Below are positions 40,250 to 51,043 of a stretch of DNA of 64,000 bases, one piece after another. Position numbers and translations under genes: made by a program. This stretch comes from Puniceicoccales bacterium. GTDB taxonomy: Bacteria; Verrucomicrobiota; Verrucomicrobiia; Opitutales; UBA9783. The notes beneath the pieces are model-generated. The model worked only from the letters and a program-made list of their open reading frames with translations, was not told where the DNA came from and made no database searches. The stretch covers positions 12,761 through 76,760 of the forward strand of contig JAIRMU010000015.1 of assembly GCA_031258545.1 (NCBI GenBank). The letters are read 5' to 3'. The stretch's first letter is position 1; each line of letters opens with the position of its first letter.

Positions 40250-41011
40250 ATGCAGCAAACCACCATTGGAGAACGGCTACAGCAAGCGCGCCAGCGTTTG
40301 GGGTTGTCTCTCGAAGACATTGCGGTAACACTCAAAATTCGAAAAGACGTCCTATTAAAATTTGAATCCAATGAGTTCGACGTAAAGTTACCTCCCGTAT
40401 ACCGAAAAGGTTTTTTCAAGGCGTACGTAAAACTTTTGAAACTCAACGTGCCGACGTTATTGGCCGACTACGAAGAAATTGTAGGCGAGATTAATCACGG
40501 TACGGGCTTTTCGTTAGGTCAGCTAAAACTGGATAATCCAAAAAATATCGGCAACGACAATAAGCCGGAAATAACAGAATTAGAACCCGGAGAAAGTTCG
40601 GCGAGGTATGTGCGTCCCATCCCACAATTTGTCCACTTTAGATTGCTCATCATTGGCATTGTTATCCTTTTAATCGTATTTATTGGCGGCCTATACCTGC
40701 GTTGCACCAAAGAACATGCGGCATCCGTTCCCACGACGGCGCAGGATACACTGCCCATCCAGGATACCGCCGCTTCCGAAAGCACCATCGTACTCACCGC
40801 ATTGGATGCGGTACAAGTGTTTGTGCGTCAAGAGTCCGACAGACGACGCCTTTTTGCCGGTACACTCAACAAAAACGAGCATTACACGTTAACCAAATCG
40901 GGCCCCGTTCAAATCTCATACTCGGAAGGTAAATCTTTATTAATCGAACAGGCCAACGGTCTACATATTAAGCCGCAAAAAGAAGGCCGAGGCTGGATCA
41001 GGGTTCCCTAA
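40250..41011 (+). CDS. RodZ-like protein (HTH + TM + periplasmic domain)
   Basis: IGERLQQARQRLGLSLEDIA..LKIR, VYRKGFFKAYVKLLKL, single TM segment, C-terminal beta domain. Confidence 0.82.
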   Translation: MQQTTIGERLQQARQRLGLSLEDIAVTLKIRKDVLLKFESNEFDVKLPPVYRKGFFKAYVKLLKLNVPTLLADYEEIVGEINHGTGFSLGQLKLDNPKNIGNDNKPEITELEPGESSARYVRPIPQFVHFRLLIIGIVILLIVFIGGLYLRCTKEHAASVPTTAQDTLPIQDTAASESTIVLTALDAVQVFVRQESDRRRLFAGTLNKNEHYTLTKSGPVQISYSEGKSLLIEQANGLHIKPQKEGRGWIRVP

Positions 41012-41029
41012 TTCCCATAAAAAATAATT

Positions 41030-41890
41030 ATGCATAAGCCCTTAGCCAAAGGTGTCAGTTGGTTTCTATTGAGTTTAATCATTGGAGTCGGGTTGGACGT
41101 CATACAAAAGTATTTGGGGGGCAACCTGAAAAGCTTCGAAATTACCTTTTACAGATTCCTTTTTGGCGCCATTTCCCTGATGCCATTTCTAGGCATGCGA
41201 TGGATTCGTAGCGGGTTTTCATTAACGCAATATTGGCACATTCACATATTCAGAGGATTTTTATTGTTTTCGGGCATGGTCCTGTGGTGCTACGGTCTCA
41301 CATTGGTTCCCATAAGTACAGCCATTGCACTTAATTATTCCATTCCTCTTTTTACACTTATTCTTTCCATCTTTTTGTTGAAGGAAACCGTTAATAGAGA
41401 TCGATGGCTAACAACGTTTGTTGGTTTTGGAGGTATATGGATTGTACTGAATCCTACGGGCATCAATTTTGATTCAAGGACCCTTTTGTTGATCGTATCC
41501 TCGTTTTTATTCTCGCTCTTGGACGTATTTAACAAAAAATACGTCTGCAAGGAATCGCTCCTAAATATGCTATTTTATACGGCCTTTTTCACCTGCGCTT
41601 TTAGTGCAATTCCAGCATTTTCAGGCGAAATACACACACCTTTTAACCACATAAGCATTTTAATTACACTCGGCATCGGAGCCAATTTAATGTTCTATTG
41701 CCTACTGAAAGCTTTTCAATACATGGACGCTTCTGCCTTGGCACCATTTCGCTATTGCGATTTTCTTGTATCGGCACTTTTTGGATTTTTATTTTTTTCC
41801 GAAAAGCCAACCTTATCCACTTGCCTTGGGTTTCTTGTAATCATGCCTTGCACGTGTTACCTTGCCTACCAAGAAAATAAAAAGAATTAA
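41030..41890 (+). CDS. DMT/EamA-family transporter resembling the Rickettsia S-adenosylmethionine transporter
   Basis: About 10 TM segments; GVSWFLLSL, DVIQKYLG..LKSFEI.F.RF, HIFRGFLLFSGM..WCYGLT, IPLFTLIL, LDVFNKKYV.KES...MLFY, LLKAF...DA.A.APFRY. Confidence 0.8.
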   Translation: MHKPLAKGVSWFLLSLIIGVGLDVIQKYLGGNLKSFEITFYRFLFGAISLMPFLGMRWIRSGFSLTQYWHIHIFRGFLLFSGMVLWCYGLTLVPISTAIALNYSIPLFTLILSIFLLKETVNRDRWLTTFVGFGGIWIVLNPTGINFDSRTLLLIVSSFLFSLLDVFNKKYVCKESLLNMLFYTAFFTCAFSAIPAFSGEIHTPFNHISILITLGIGANLMFYCLLKAFQYMDASALAPFRYCDFLVSALFGFLFFSEKPTLSTCLGFLVIMPCTCYLAYQENKKN

Positions 41891-41927
41891 TCTTGTCTTT
41901 CCAATTTAGCTCCCATAAAAGGTTCCC

Positions 41928-43082
41928 ATGACGATTGAATTTATTTCTTCCGAAGCCGTTGGAGAAGGACATCCCGATAAAGTTGCCGATTACATATCGG
42001 ATAGCATTTTGGATGCTTGCCTCGAGCAGGACAAAAATGCGCATGTCGCCTGCGAGACCTTGGTGAAGTCAAATTGTGTCGTACTTGCAGGGGAAATCAC
42101 AACGCAAGCGCAGGTGGATTACGAACTTGTAACGCGCAACGCCATTCGAGATATCGGCTACACAGACCCTCAAGACCTTTTCAATGCAAACACCGTATTT
42201 ATTCATAATTTATTAACGCCGCAGTCGGGTGAAATCGCAGATGCGGTCGTTAAATCAGACCGCGGCATCGGGGCCGGTGATCAAGGATTTTTCTTCGGTT
42301 ACGCGTGCGATGAAACACCGGAATACCTACCCGCTTCTTACCTTTTGGCACAAAAACTCTGCCAAATGCTGGCCACCTACAGAAAAACCAAGCGCGTGTC
42401 TTGGATGAAACCGGATTGTAAGGCTCTTGTCACAATGCGTTACGAAAATGGATCTCCCTTAGACGTGCAAAATGTTGTATTGGCAATTCAACACGCCGCT
42501 TCTATAAGTTTAAAAGAAATCTATGAATTTTGTAAAGAACAATTGATTCCAGAAATTATTCCCGGGCATTGGTTATCGGATAATACCATGTACTATATTA
42601 ATACCAGTGGTAGCTTTATTCACGGAGGACCTTCCGCCGACTCGGGCCTTACGGGCAGGAAAATTATAGTAGATACTTACGGAGGTTGGGCGCATCACGG
42701 AGGGGGTGCATTTTCCGGAAAAGATCCTTCCAAAGTGGATCGTTCCGGTGCTTACTTCTGCCGTTGGGTTGCAAAAAATATCGTTGCAGCCGAACTGGCA
42801 AAACGAGTGGAGGTTCGACTGGCGTACGCCATCGGTGGCACTAAACCCATTCACTACGATTTGACAACCTACGGAACAGAAAATTGTGATTTGCATCGTT
42901 TGCGCGAAGCGATTGCAAAAATATTCGATGCAAGGCCATCTGCTATCTTGGAAACGCTTAATCTTCGCAATCCCATTTACAAATCAACGACACAATTTGG
43001 ACATTTTACAAAAACAAATTTGCCCTGGGAACAAACAAATCGTGTTCAAGAATTGCTAGACCTCTGCCCGTTAGGAGTATAG
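41928..43082 (+). CDS. metK: S-adenosylmethionine synthetase
   Basis: SEAVGEGHPDKVAD, GAGDQG, GGPSADSGLTGRKIIVDTYGG, GGGAFSGKDPSKVDRSGAY. Confidence 0.97.
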   Translation: MTIEFISSEAVGEGHPDKVADYISDSILDACLEQDKNAHVACETLVKSNCVVLAGEITTQAQVDYELVTRNAIRDIGYTDPQDLFNANTVFIHNLLTPQSGEIADAVVKSDRGIGAGDQGFFFGYACDETPEYLPASYLLAQKLCQMLATYRKTKRVSWMKPDCKALVTMRYENGSPLDVQNVVLAIQHAASISLKEIYEFCKEQLIPEIIPGHWLSDNTMYYINTSGSFIHGGPSADSGLTGRKIIVDTYGGWAHHGGGAFSGKDPSKVDRSGAYFCRWVAKNIVAAELAKRVEVRLAYAIGGTKPIHYDLTTYGTENCDLHRLREAIAKIFDARPSAILETLNLRNPIYKSTTQFGHFTKTNLPWEQTNRVQELLDLCPLGV

Positions 43083-43443
43083 GAGTCCCAGAGACTGTGT
43101 TTCCACTGTTGTGGTTACAATGGCATGGGGACAATCTAAAAAGTGAAGCAACCTTGTGAAGCTGTGGGAAAATGTAAATCTACACCCTCTCGATGTTGCG
43201 TTGAGACACGAGCGTTGCGTAGAGGTATTTTTCAAACGGCCAGTGAAGGCAAAAATTTATGTGCATTGGGGTCTCACGTAATGGGGGCAAAGGGACAATA
43301 TTTTTGTATTCTCTGTTGGCTTTATCAACGGTGTTTATGGTTTATCCGCCCAGCACTTAGGTGGGTTAATGCGCCGTCAACGGGTATCGGCAATGTTTGT
43401 AAGTTGTTTTGCGACCTTATTACTGGCTTACATTGGACAGAAG

Positions 43444-45315
43444 TTACCGGGAGACCTGCTTTAAAAGCTTTCTTAAAGCAACCATGAGTATTTGGATATC
43501 GGAAGGGTTAACACCGCTAATGCGACTCGCTTGCCCCAAATTTTGGGGCCTTAGGTGTATCAGTTTTTGTAGGCTTTCGTTTCGTAAGCCGTATACCGTT
43601 TTATAATCAAAAGTCTTGGGGATTTGAATGTCCTCTAACCATTGACACCTTGCTATCTGCTTTGATTCACGCTCTAAGTAGCCTTTGTAGCAAACGCGAT
43701 AAAAAACTTCCTCGCGAATGGGAGCAATTTGCTCTGAAAATGCACGCGGTAATTTAGGCAATTCAAAATGTTCTTCACAGTAATGACGCCTTATCTGATC
43801 CCCTAACTTTTGTCCCTCTTCGCAACATGCTTCCTCTAATTGAGTAACCCAATAGGCTATGCACGTACGCTTATCTTGAATAGCTTTTAGCCGAGTCTCG
43901 CTCAAACAGTTCCATCGCTTTGCCTTTTCATACAAACGCAGCTCCGCGCTCGCATGATTCAAAAGTAAACGATGTTCCGCCCGCCCGGTAAACATTCTAT
44001 AAGGTTCTTGCGTACCCTTGGTCACCAAATCATCCACCAAAACCCCAATGTAGCTTTCGTGCCGAGATAAAATGCAGGCAGGTTCTTTTAAAACTTTTGC
44101 AGCCGCGTTAATTCCAGCCAACAACCCCTGTCCGGCCGCTTCCTCATAACCCGAAGTTCCATTAATTTGCCCTGCCAAAAATAGTCCTTCCCATTGTTTA
44201 CTTTCCAACGTTGCGTACAAATGTGTGGGATCCGAAAAAGCGTATTCAACCGCGTATGCTGGACGCGTTAAAATGGCATTTTCAAGACCCGGAATCGTTT
44301 TCAGCATTGCCCTCTGGATGTCCACGGGTAAACTGGTAGACAGCCCATTGATGTACCATTCATCCGTGCATATCCCTTCCGGCTCCAGAAATAATCGATG
44401 ACGTTCTCTATCGTTAAAGCGCACGCATTTATCTTCAATACTCGGACAATATCGAGGACCTTGACCATGAATATTGCCGGCAAACAAAGCGGAACGTTCC
44501 AAATTATCCAAAATAATTTTGTGCGTATGGGGATTCGTATACGTCATCCAACAAGATACGGTACGTGTCCCAGGCTTCCAGGACGTAGATCCGTAAGTAT
44601 TGGTAGCATTACACGTCTCTGGACGAGTATCGTAAAAGGCAAAAAAACAAGGATCCGCATCGCTGGGTTGTTCTTCGCAGGCAGAAAAATCAATACTGCG
44701 ACCTAAAATACGCGCAGGTGTCCCTGTTTTCAATAATCCCAAAGAAAATCCCAACGATTTGAGGGAATCCAAGAGAGCGTAGCTACCAAAATCTCCCAAA
44801 CGGCCTCCCGGTATTTTTTGATGTCCAATATGCAACGTACCGCCCAAAAACGTACCCGTTGCCAATACCACCGTTGTCGCAGTAAATGCAAGTCCCAATT
44901 GGGTACACACACCGCAGATGCGATTTGCGCATGTTAACAAACTAACCACTTCATCTTGAAACAAAACAATATGGGGATGCTTCTCCAAACGGTATTTCAT
45001 GCTCCATTGATAACATTTTTTATCGCATTGGGCACGCGGAGCTTGCACGGCCATACCTTTGGAACGATTTAATATGCGAAAATGAATGGCCGTTTCGTCG
45101 GCATTTATTCCCATAATGCCACCCAACGCGTCGATCTCCCTGACAATATGGCCTTTGGCCAAGCCTCCAATCGCGGGATTGCAGCTCATTTGGGCAATCG
45201 TGTCCAAATTTCCCGAAATGAGTAATACGGATACACCCTTTTGCGCTGCAATCCATGCCGCCTCGCAGCCGGCATGCCCGCCACCACACACAATGACATC
45301 AAAATCCGTTTTCAT
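43444..45315 (-). CDS. mnmG: tRNA uridine-5-carboxymethylaminomethyl modification enzyme MnmG/GidA (start moved to ATG 45315, ATGA overlap with mnmE)
   Basis: [64 protein letters not shown]. Confidence 0.97.
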   Translation of the reverse strand: MKTDFDVIVCGGGHAGCEAAWIAAQKGVSVLLISGNLDTIAQMSCNPAIGGLAKGHIVREIDALGGIMGINADETAIHFRILNRSKGMAVQAPRAQCDKKCYQWSMKYRLEKHPHIVLFQDEVVSLLTCANRICGVCTQLGLAFTATTVVLATGTFLGGTLHIGHQKIPGGRLGDFGSYALLDSLKSLGFSLGLLKTGTPARILGRSIDFSACEEQPSDADPCFFAFYDTRPETCNATNTYGSTSWKPGTRTVSCWMTYTNPHTHKIILDNLERSALFAGNIHGQGPRYCPSIEDKCVRFNDRERHRLFLEPEGICTDEWYINGLSTSLPVDIQRAMLKTIPGLENAILTRPAYAVEYAFSDPTHLYATLESKQWEGLFLAGQINGTSGYEEAAGQGLLAGINAAAKVLKEPACILSRHESYIGVLVDDLVTKGTQEPYRMFTGRAEHRLLLNHASAELRLYEKAKRWNCLSETRLKAIQDKRTCIAYWVTQLEEACCEEGQKLGDQIRRHYCEEHFELPKLPRAFSEQIAPIREEVFYRVCYKGYLERESKQIARCQWLEDIQIPKTFDYKTVYGLRNESLQKLIHLRPQNLGQASRISGVNPSDIQILMVALRKLLKQVSR

Positions 45316-46676
45316 TTCCCAATGCAAAAGCGAGAAAAAATCCGATCCAGTATTTGCTCATAGTCTACTCTCCCCACAATGTGCTCCATGGCACGTAAAG
45401 CAGCTTTTAATTCTGCGGCCAAACAATCTTCAAACCCTTGCGTTTGAAATAAATGGATCGCTTTTTTTATCGCAATTTGCGCTTCCATCAAACTTTCGGC
45501 GTGACGCTCGTTGACCATAAATGCGGCCTGGGAAAAATCTTCATAACGTTGGTCCAAAAAACTCTTTATGAAGGTTTGAACTTTATTGAACGCATCAACA
45601 TCCTCTTTAAGACTTATGGAACAATGCGGATATCGTTTTAGATAGGAAGAGAAATTAACGTCCGTGTACGGCAAATCAGCTTTATTGAGCAATGTTAAGG
45701 TTTTCGACGAATCCAACAATTGGATAAAATTCTGTTCAAAATGCGGCATTGGCTGAGATTGATCCAATACCCACAAGATGAGATCTGCTTTTTCCAATTG
45801 TTCCAAGCTTCTTTGAATCCCCTCATGCTCTAACGCATCGCAAGCAGCGTGAATACCGGCCGTATCCACAAGACGTAATCCGTAAGATTCCAGCTGAACA
45901 TACTCCGCAATGAAATCCCTTGTGGTTCCCGGCATAGGACTAACAATGGCCCTATCATGGCCCAACAAAGTATTTAACAAAGTACTTTTCCCCACATTGG
46001 GCGCTCCAACAATAACGGTTGTAATGCCATTTTGTAAGCTTCGATAATGCGCATGAGTGTGCACAAGCTTATCAATTTCTTCCGATAAGACATGCAACGC
46101 ATCGCAATAGGCCCGTCGATTGGCTTCCGGCAAATCTTCTTCGGGAAAATCCAAATAGGCTTCGATCCAGGCAATCTGTTCCATTAAAATGGTGACCCAC
46201 CGATCTATTTTTTTGCTCAAGGACCCCAATAATTGGTTACGAGCCATCACAAGCGCTTGTTGCGACTTGGCGTGTATTAGGTCGGCAACGGCTTCCGCTT
46301 GGCAGAGATCTAAAACACCATTCGTAAAAGCTCTGCGCGTAAATTCTCCAGGATTTGCCTGCCGGCACCCGCGCAGAATGCAATCTCTAATCACCTGCTT
46401 CAGGATAAGCGGATTTCCATGACAAGCAATTTCCAAAGTCGCTTCACCCGTAAAGGATGCATGAGGTGCAAAGTAGACAAACGTCACGTCATCCAACAAT
46501 AACCCTTCTAGGGTTTGATAAGATCCCACGTAATTGTGTCTTGGAACGATAGCCGGCCGCCTAAAAATGGATTTTGTCAAATCGAGACAATCGGGACCAC
46601 TCAAACGTACAACGCCTATGCCCGATTCGCCCCAGGGAGTGGATAAGGCCACAATGGTATCTTCCTGCATACTCAT
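45312..46676 (-). CDS. mnmE: tRNA modification GTPase MnmE/TrmE (start moved to ATG 46676 or 46670)
   Basis: [56 protein letters not shown]. Confidence 0.97.
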   Translation of the reverse strand: MSMQEDTIVALSTPWGESGIGVVRLSGPDCLDLTKSIFRRPAIVPRHNYVGSYQTLEGLLLDDVTFVYFAPHASFTGEATLEIACHGNPLILKQVIRDCILRGCRQANPGEFTRRAFTNGVLDLCQAEAVADLIHAKSQQALVMARNQLLGSLSKKIDRWVTILMEQIAWIEAYLDFPEEDLPEANRRAYCDALHVLSEEIDKLVHTHAHYRSLQNGITTVIVGAPNVGKSTLLNTLLGHDRAIVSPMPGTTRDFIAEYVQLESYGLRLVDTAGIHAACDALEHEGIQRSLEQLEKADLILWVLDQSQPMPHFEQNFIQLLDSSKTLTLLNKADLPYTDVNFSSYLKRYPHCSISLKEDVDAFNKVQTFIKSFLDQRYEDFSQAAFMVNERHAESLMEAQIAIKKAIHLFQTQGFEDCLAAELKAALRAMEHIVGRVDYEQILDRIFSRFCIGK

Positions 46677-46733
46677 CGTAAATGAAAATAACCATACAAG
46701 GATAAAATGCGGCAAACTTCAAGTCCAATTGTG

Positions 46734-47513
46734 CTAGACAAGTCCCCGTGTCGATGGCGTATGTACGAAATGAAAGATCAATTTTGCAATGACTTGAAAT
46801 TGAGCTATGACCGAGTCGTTGGCAATAGCCTCCATCGCTTGAGAACGATTCAAATGCGATCCGTACATGTATTTAAAAATCTTTTTTACGACAGCGCACT
46901 CTTGTTCCGAAAAACCGTTACGTAACATACCTATCCTATTAAATGTTTTTGCGGTAGCCGGCACCCCACAGGCCAGCATAAAGGGTGGAATATCTTTTTT
47001 TAAAAAAGAATGTCCTCCCAACATGGCGTAATCTCCAACCCTACAAAATTGATGAATGGATGCATTTCCACCTATATTGGTATGATTACCGATACGGACG
47101 TGTCCACCCATCGCAACTTGAGCACTGATGATAACATGATCCTTTACCGTACAATCGTGGCCAATGTGTGCAAATGCCAAAACATAGTTGTGGCTCCCAA
47201 GGGTGGTTGCTTGACCGTCCTGCGTAGACGTATGAATGGACACGTACTCCCTAAAAACATTGTCATCGCCAATTTTCAAATGACAAATGCCACCTTTGTG
47301 CTTCAAATCGTGAGTTTTAGCACCCAAATAGCAGTAGGGATACACGCAATTATTTTGACCCATTTCGGTATACCCATCGATGGTCGCATGATGTTCAACA
47401 ACGCAATGCTTACCCAAAATAACGTGCGGACCTATGAAGGCGTAGGGCCCCACCACGACATCATCTTGCAATTGAGCCTCGGGATGAACAATGGCTGTTG
47501 GATGGATTTGCAT
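46734..47513 (-). CDS. lpxA: Acyl-ACP--UDP-N-acetylglucosamine O-acyltransferase
   Basis: IHPTAIVHPEA hexapeptide repeats, FREYVSIH, AHIGHDC, IHQFCRVG. Confidence 0.95.
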   Translation of the reverse strand: MQIHPTAIVHPEAQLQDDVVVGPYAFIGPHVILGKHCVVEHHATIDGYTEMGQNNCVYPYCYLGAKTHDLKHKGGICHLKIGDDNVFREYVSIHTSTQDGQATTLGSHNYVLAFAHIGHDCTVKDHVIISAQVAMGGHVRIGNHTNIGGNASIHQFCRVGDYAMLGGHSFLKKDIPPFMLACGVPATAKTFNRIGMLRNGFSEQECAVVKKIFKYMYGSHLNRSQAMEAIANDSVIAQFQVIAKLIFHFVHTPSTRGLV

Positions 47514-47519
47514 CGCACA

Positions 47520-48827
47520 TTAGGATTGATTTTGGGAAATCATAAACATTAACTCAGCCGAAGATACTACCTTATCATTTACAAAACACTGGCCTTCGGC
47601 AATTCCAATCCGATTGTTCTTGATTTTTAGCAATTGTACCTCGATCAACATTTGATCTCCCGGCTGAACAACGTTACGAAATTTCACTTTATCGGCACTC
47701 ATAAGAAATGCTTTTGCATTTTTATTTTCTTGGCCCAATTGATATCCCATCAAAATACCTGCCGCTTGCGCCATCGCTTCCAGCTGAAGTACTCCAGGCA
47801 TGATGGGATTTCCGGGGAAATGTCCCACAAAATAAGGTTCATTTGCGGTCACATTTTTAATGGCGCGCAGCGCATCTTCTTCAATACTCACGACGCGATC
47901 CACCAGAATAAAGGGATAACGGTGCGGTAAATGCCTTAAAATACCTTGAATATCTAAAACTGCATCCGTATAAACGGGAAATTCACTTAAATTTTCTTGA
48001 TAAAATTGTTCCAGGATGGCCTTACACAGTTTTACATTGAGAGCGTGCCCCGTTTTAATGGCAATAACATGGCCTTTTATGGGATGTCCCAGGAGTGCCA
48101 AATCACCTAAAAGATCTAGGATTTTGTGCCTCACGAATTCATCCGCAAAACGCAAAGGCCCATTCGAAAGAATTTTATCTCCCTTAATGACAATGGCACA
48201 ATCGAGACTTCCGCCTTTTATTTTACCAAGTTTCAATAAGGGTTCAACGTCCTCGTATAAGGTAAATGTACGCGCATCTGCAATTTCGTGCACGTATGTC
48301 TCGTGGTCAATCGTTAAAGTTAAATGCTGTACGTGTACGCCTCGGTTATCCGCAGATGTGCACGTTATTTGAAACGTTTCATTGGGTAGAATCAAAATGG
48401 AACGGTCATCCTGAACGAAAGAAATAGGTTCCGTAATTTCCACAAACGTCTTTTCTGATGGCTGCAGTTCAAATCCAACCTCCTGTAACTTTTCAACCCA
48501 AAACTTTGCAGAACCATCCAAAATGGGCACTTCGCTGCCCTCGACTTCAATCCGTGCATTGTCTATCTCCGATCCATACAACGCACTCATCAAATGCTCC
48601 ACGGTATGTATTTTAACCCCATCCTTGGATAGTGTAGTTCCACGTACCACATCGTCGACGTACTGAACAAGCGCTGGAATTTCACACGGATGCCCACGTA
48701 CGTCCGTTCTCTGAAAGACAATGCCCGTATTTTCCGGAGCTGGTTTCACGGTAACACGTACCGACTGCCCCGTATGCAACCCTTGCCCGGAAACTTCAAA
48801 TTGTCTTTTCGGCGTCTTCTGCTGCAT
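47520..48827 (-). CDS. lpxC: Bifunctional LpxC-FabZ fusion (start moved to ATG 48827)
   Basis: LpxC: GQGLHTG, TVEHLMSAL, PILDGS, ARTF, EFVRHKILD. FabZ: LPHRYPFILVD, GHFPGNPIMPGVLQLEAMAQ. Confidence 0.95.
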   Translation of the reverse strand: MQQKTPKRQFEVSGQGLHTGQSVRVTVKPAPENTGIVFQRTDVRGHPCEIPALVQYVDDVVRGTTLSKDGVKIHTVEHLMSALYGSEIDNARIEVEGSEVPILDGSAKFWVEKLQEVGFELQPSEKTFVEITEPISFVQDDRSILILPNETFQITCTSADNRGVHVQHLTLTIDHETYVHEIADARTFTLYEDVEPLLKLGKIKGGSLDCAIVIKGDKILSNGPLRFADEFVRHKILDLLGDLALLGHPIKGHVIAIKTGHALNVKLCKAILEQFYQENLSEFPVYTDAVLDIQGILRHLPHRYPFILVDRVVSIEEDALRAIKNVTANEPYFVGHFPGNPIMPGVLQLEAMAQAAGILMGYQLGQENKNAKAFLMSADKVKFRNVVQPGDQMLIEVQLLKIKNNRIGIAEGQCFVNDKVVSSAELMFMISQNQS

Positions 48828-49276
48828 GGCAGTATTTAGTACACACTCGCCGGTATTTGTCAAACGATCTGTCAACGGAAATTCACGGGTACGCCTTGAA
48901 ATCTAGAGGTCACCGTACTTGATTTGATGCAATGACAATGGGATCAAAAATTTGGAATCCAAAGCAAAAAAATCATTGAAAACTCAAGAAAAATTTTCTC
49001 GTGTCTCATGAATCGGAGAAAAAACGGCGGCTATTACTTTAGCGGACATGCCTAACGCAAATTTGTTCGAAAATGCGAAACAATTTTCCTCCAAAGATTT
49101 TTGTTAAAAAACATATATCCGGCCTTTGGTAGAACATCCAGATCAGAATTATTTAGAGATTTTACGAGAATTTTGGTGTTTTCTAAACTGCCAGCAAGGT
49201 AATCCAGCTCTCCGTAGATGAAATGTTTTTTTATCTGCAACGCATTCAACTGTTCCCAAATATCGGGAATCTAATT

Positions 49277-49353
49277 TGGTAGACGGTGCAGGACTCGAAC
49301 CTGCGACCCACTGGGTGTAAACCAGTAGCTCTAACCAACTGAGCTAACCGTCC
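49277..49353 (-). tRNA. tRNA-Val(TAC)
   Basis: Reverse complement GGACGGTTAGCTCAGTTGGTTAGAGC...ACTGG-TTTACAC-CCAGT...GGTTCGAGTCC...ACCGTCTACCA; cloverleaf with encoded CCA. Confidence 0.96.
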
Positions 49354-49422
49354 AAAAGAAGCCTTCAACAGGGGATAACATTTTTCTCATGTGTGCAAGA
49401 TTTTTTATGCAAAAATAAATCT

Positions 49423-50499
49423 TCACCGGCGGTTTTGTTGCAATAACGCGGCATCACGATCCGTACCATTTAAATGATAATCCAACGTAATGCGAATGGC
49501 ATCTTTTAAATTTACCTTAGGTTGCCAGTGAAGCTTTTCCTGAGCCTCTCTGATTACGGGAACTCGCCTCTCCACGTCTTGATACGCAATACCGTAATGC
49601 TCATCCGATGTGACAGATTTAATTTGGATATTGGCCGCCCACTTGGGATCAAATTCATCCACAACATCCACAATGATGTGTGCAAGCTGGGAAACGGAAT
49701 AGTTTTCATTCGGATTACCAATATTAAAAATGCCTCGACTGGCGCAATGCTCCTTATTTTCAATGATTTTAAGTAGGCAATCAATCCCGTCTTCAATAAA
49801 CGTAAAACATCGCGTTTGCTGACCTCCATTGACGAGTGCAATCGGTTTGCCTTGCAAAATGTTGTGCAAAAATTGTGTAACCACGCGCGACCCCGCCTCA
49901 TTTCGAATATCATCCAACTTAGGTCCCACAAAATTAAAAGGTCGAAATAAAGTGTAATCCAGATCTTTTTGAAATCCGTAGGCATAGATGATACGGTCCA
50001 TGAGTTGCTTACTGCAAGCGTATATCCAGCGTTGTTTATCAACAGGCCCCAACACACACGAGGTATTGTATTCGTCAAATGCTGCATCCGAAGCCATACC
50101 ATAAACCTCCGAAGTGGATGGGAAAATCACACGTTTGCCGTATTTAACGCACCAACGCACCACTTTCAAATTAGCTTCAAAATCAAGTTCAAAGACACCC
50201 AACGGATTTGTAACGTAAACCCCCGGTGTCGCAATGGCCACCAACGGGAGGACAATGTCGCACTTTTTAACCAAATATTCAATTGCCTCATCGTGAATGG
50301 TTAAATCTAACTCTTGAAAATGAAAGCGATCATGATTGGAACAGGATATTAATTTGTGCGTTGCCAAATCAACACCGTACACTTCAAAATCTGTCTTAGC
50401 CAACAGGTGTGCACACAAAGAACTGCCAATAAAACCGTTTGCCCCTAACACTAAAATTTTTTTCGATTTCACTTGTTTAATGTAGTAAAAATATTTCAT
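49423..50499 (-). CDS. Stand-alone ArnA-type UDP-glucuronate dehydrogenase/decarboxylase domain (GTG at 50472 is an alternative start)
   Basis: LGANGFIGSSL, PLVAIATP, FELDFEANL, FPSTSEVYG, RWIYACSKQL, FRPFN, QTRCFT; no formyltransferase domain. Confidence 0.88.
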   Translation of the reverse strand: MKYFYYIKQVKSKKILVLGANGFIGSSLCAHLLAKTDFEVYGVDLATHKLISCSNHDRFHFQELDLTIHDEAIEYLVKKCDIVLPLVAIATPGVYVTNPLGVFELDFEANLKVVRWCVKYGKRVIFPSTSEVYGMASDAAFDEYNTSCVLGPVDKQRWIYACSKQLMDRIIYAYGFQKDLDYTLFRPFNFVGPKLDDIRNEAGSRVVTQFLHNILQGKPIALVNGGQQTRCFTFIEDGIDCLLKIIENKEHCASRGIFNIGNPNENYSVSQLAHIIVDVVDEFDPKWAANIQIKSVTSDEHYGIAYQDVERRVPVIREAQEKLHWQPKVNLKDAIRITLDYHLNGTDRDAALLQQNRR

Positions 50500-50586
50500 G
50501 GCGGAAGGAGGGGGATTCGAACCCTCGAAACCTTACGGTTTAACGGTTTTCAAGACCGTCGCAATCGCCCACTCTGCCATCCTTCC
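50499..50586 (-). tRNA. tRNA-Ser(TGA)
   Basis: Reverse complement GGAAGGATGGCAGAGTGG...ACGGT-CTTGAAA-ACCGT, long variable arm, GGTTCGAATCC...TCCTTCCGCCA. Confidence 0.96.
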
Positions 50587-51043
50587 GCAACCCGCTTAAT
50601 CATCAAAGCCTGGATTTGAGCATCGAGTCAATTGTAAAATGGATTCAAATCTTCCCATCAACCACACAGTTTCAACGGACAAAATAACCAAAAACATTGC
50701 AATAGCTTTCCCGGAGAACTGGTTTTTCATAACTTTTTTGCCATGCGGTAAACCGCCATTGAAAATGTGTTATTTCTGCACTGCATCGCAATGCTGTGGA
50801 GAAGTACAATCCCGCCAAATTAACACTTATCGTCCTCACACCTCAAACAATAAACACGTTTTAAGTTTTTTATACATTATTCCTAAAACCAACCTGGATG
50901 GCTGCTTCCATCACCACAAAAGACGCTCGAGATTTTCGCCTATTCCTATCTTACTCCCCCACCCTTCCATAATTGTGCAAACGTATTGCAAAAGTCTTTT
51001 ATTTCATGCCTGCTTTATTTCCATCCCTATTGGGCTCCCAAAA

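Noticed and set aside
43083-43487. 114-aa plus-strand ORF or hidden gene between metK and mnmG
   Set aside because: Cys/Trp-rich unnatural composition and overlap with the mnmG end; manual minus-strand reading gave only short frames without motifs.
49277-50586. tRNA-Val or tRNA-Ser as integration sites for the arnA-like gene
   Set aside because: No duplicated tRNA 3' end, no integrase and no obvious compositional shift were seen.
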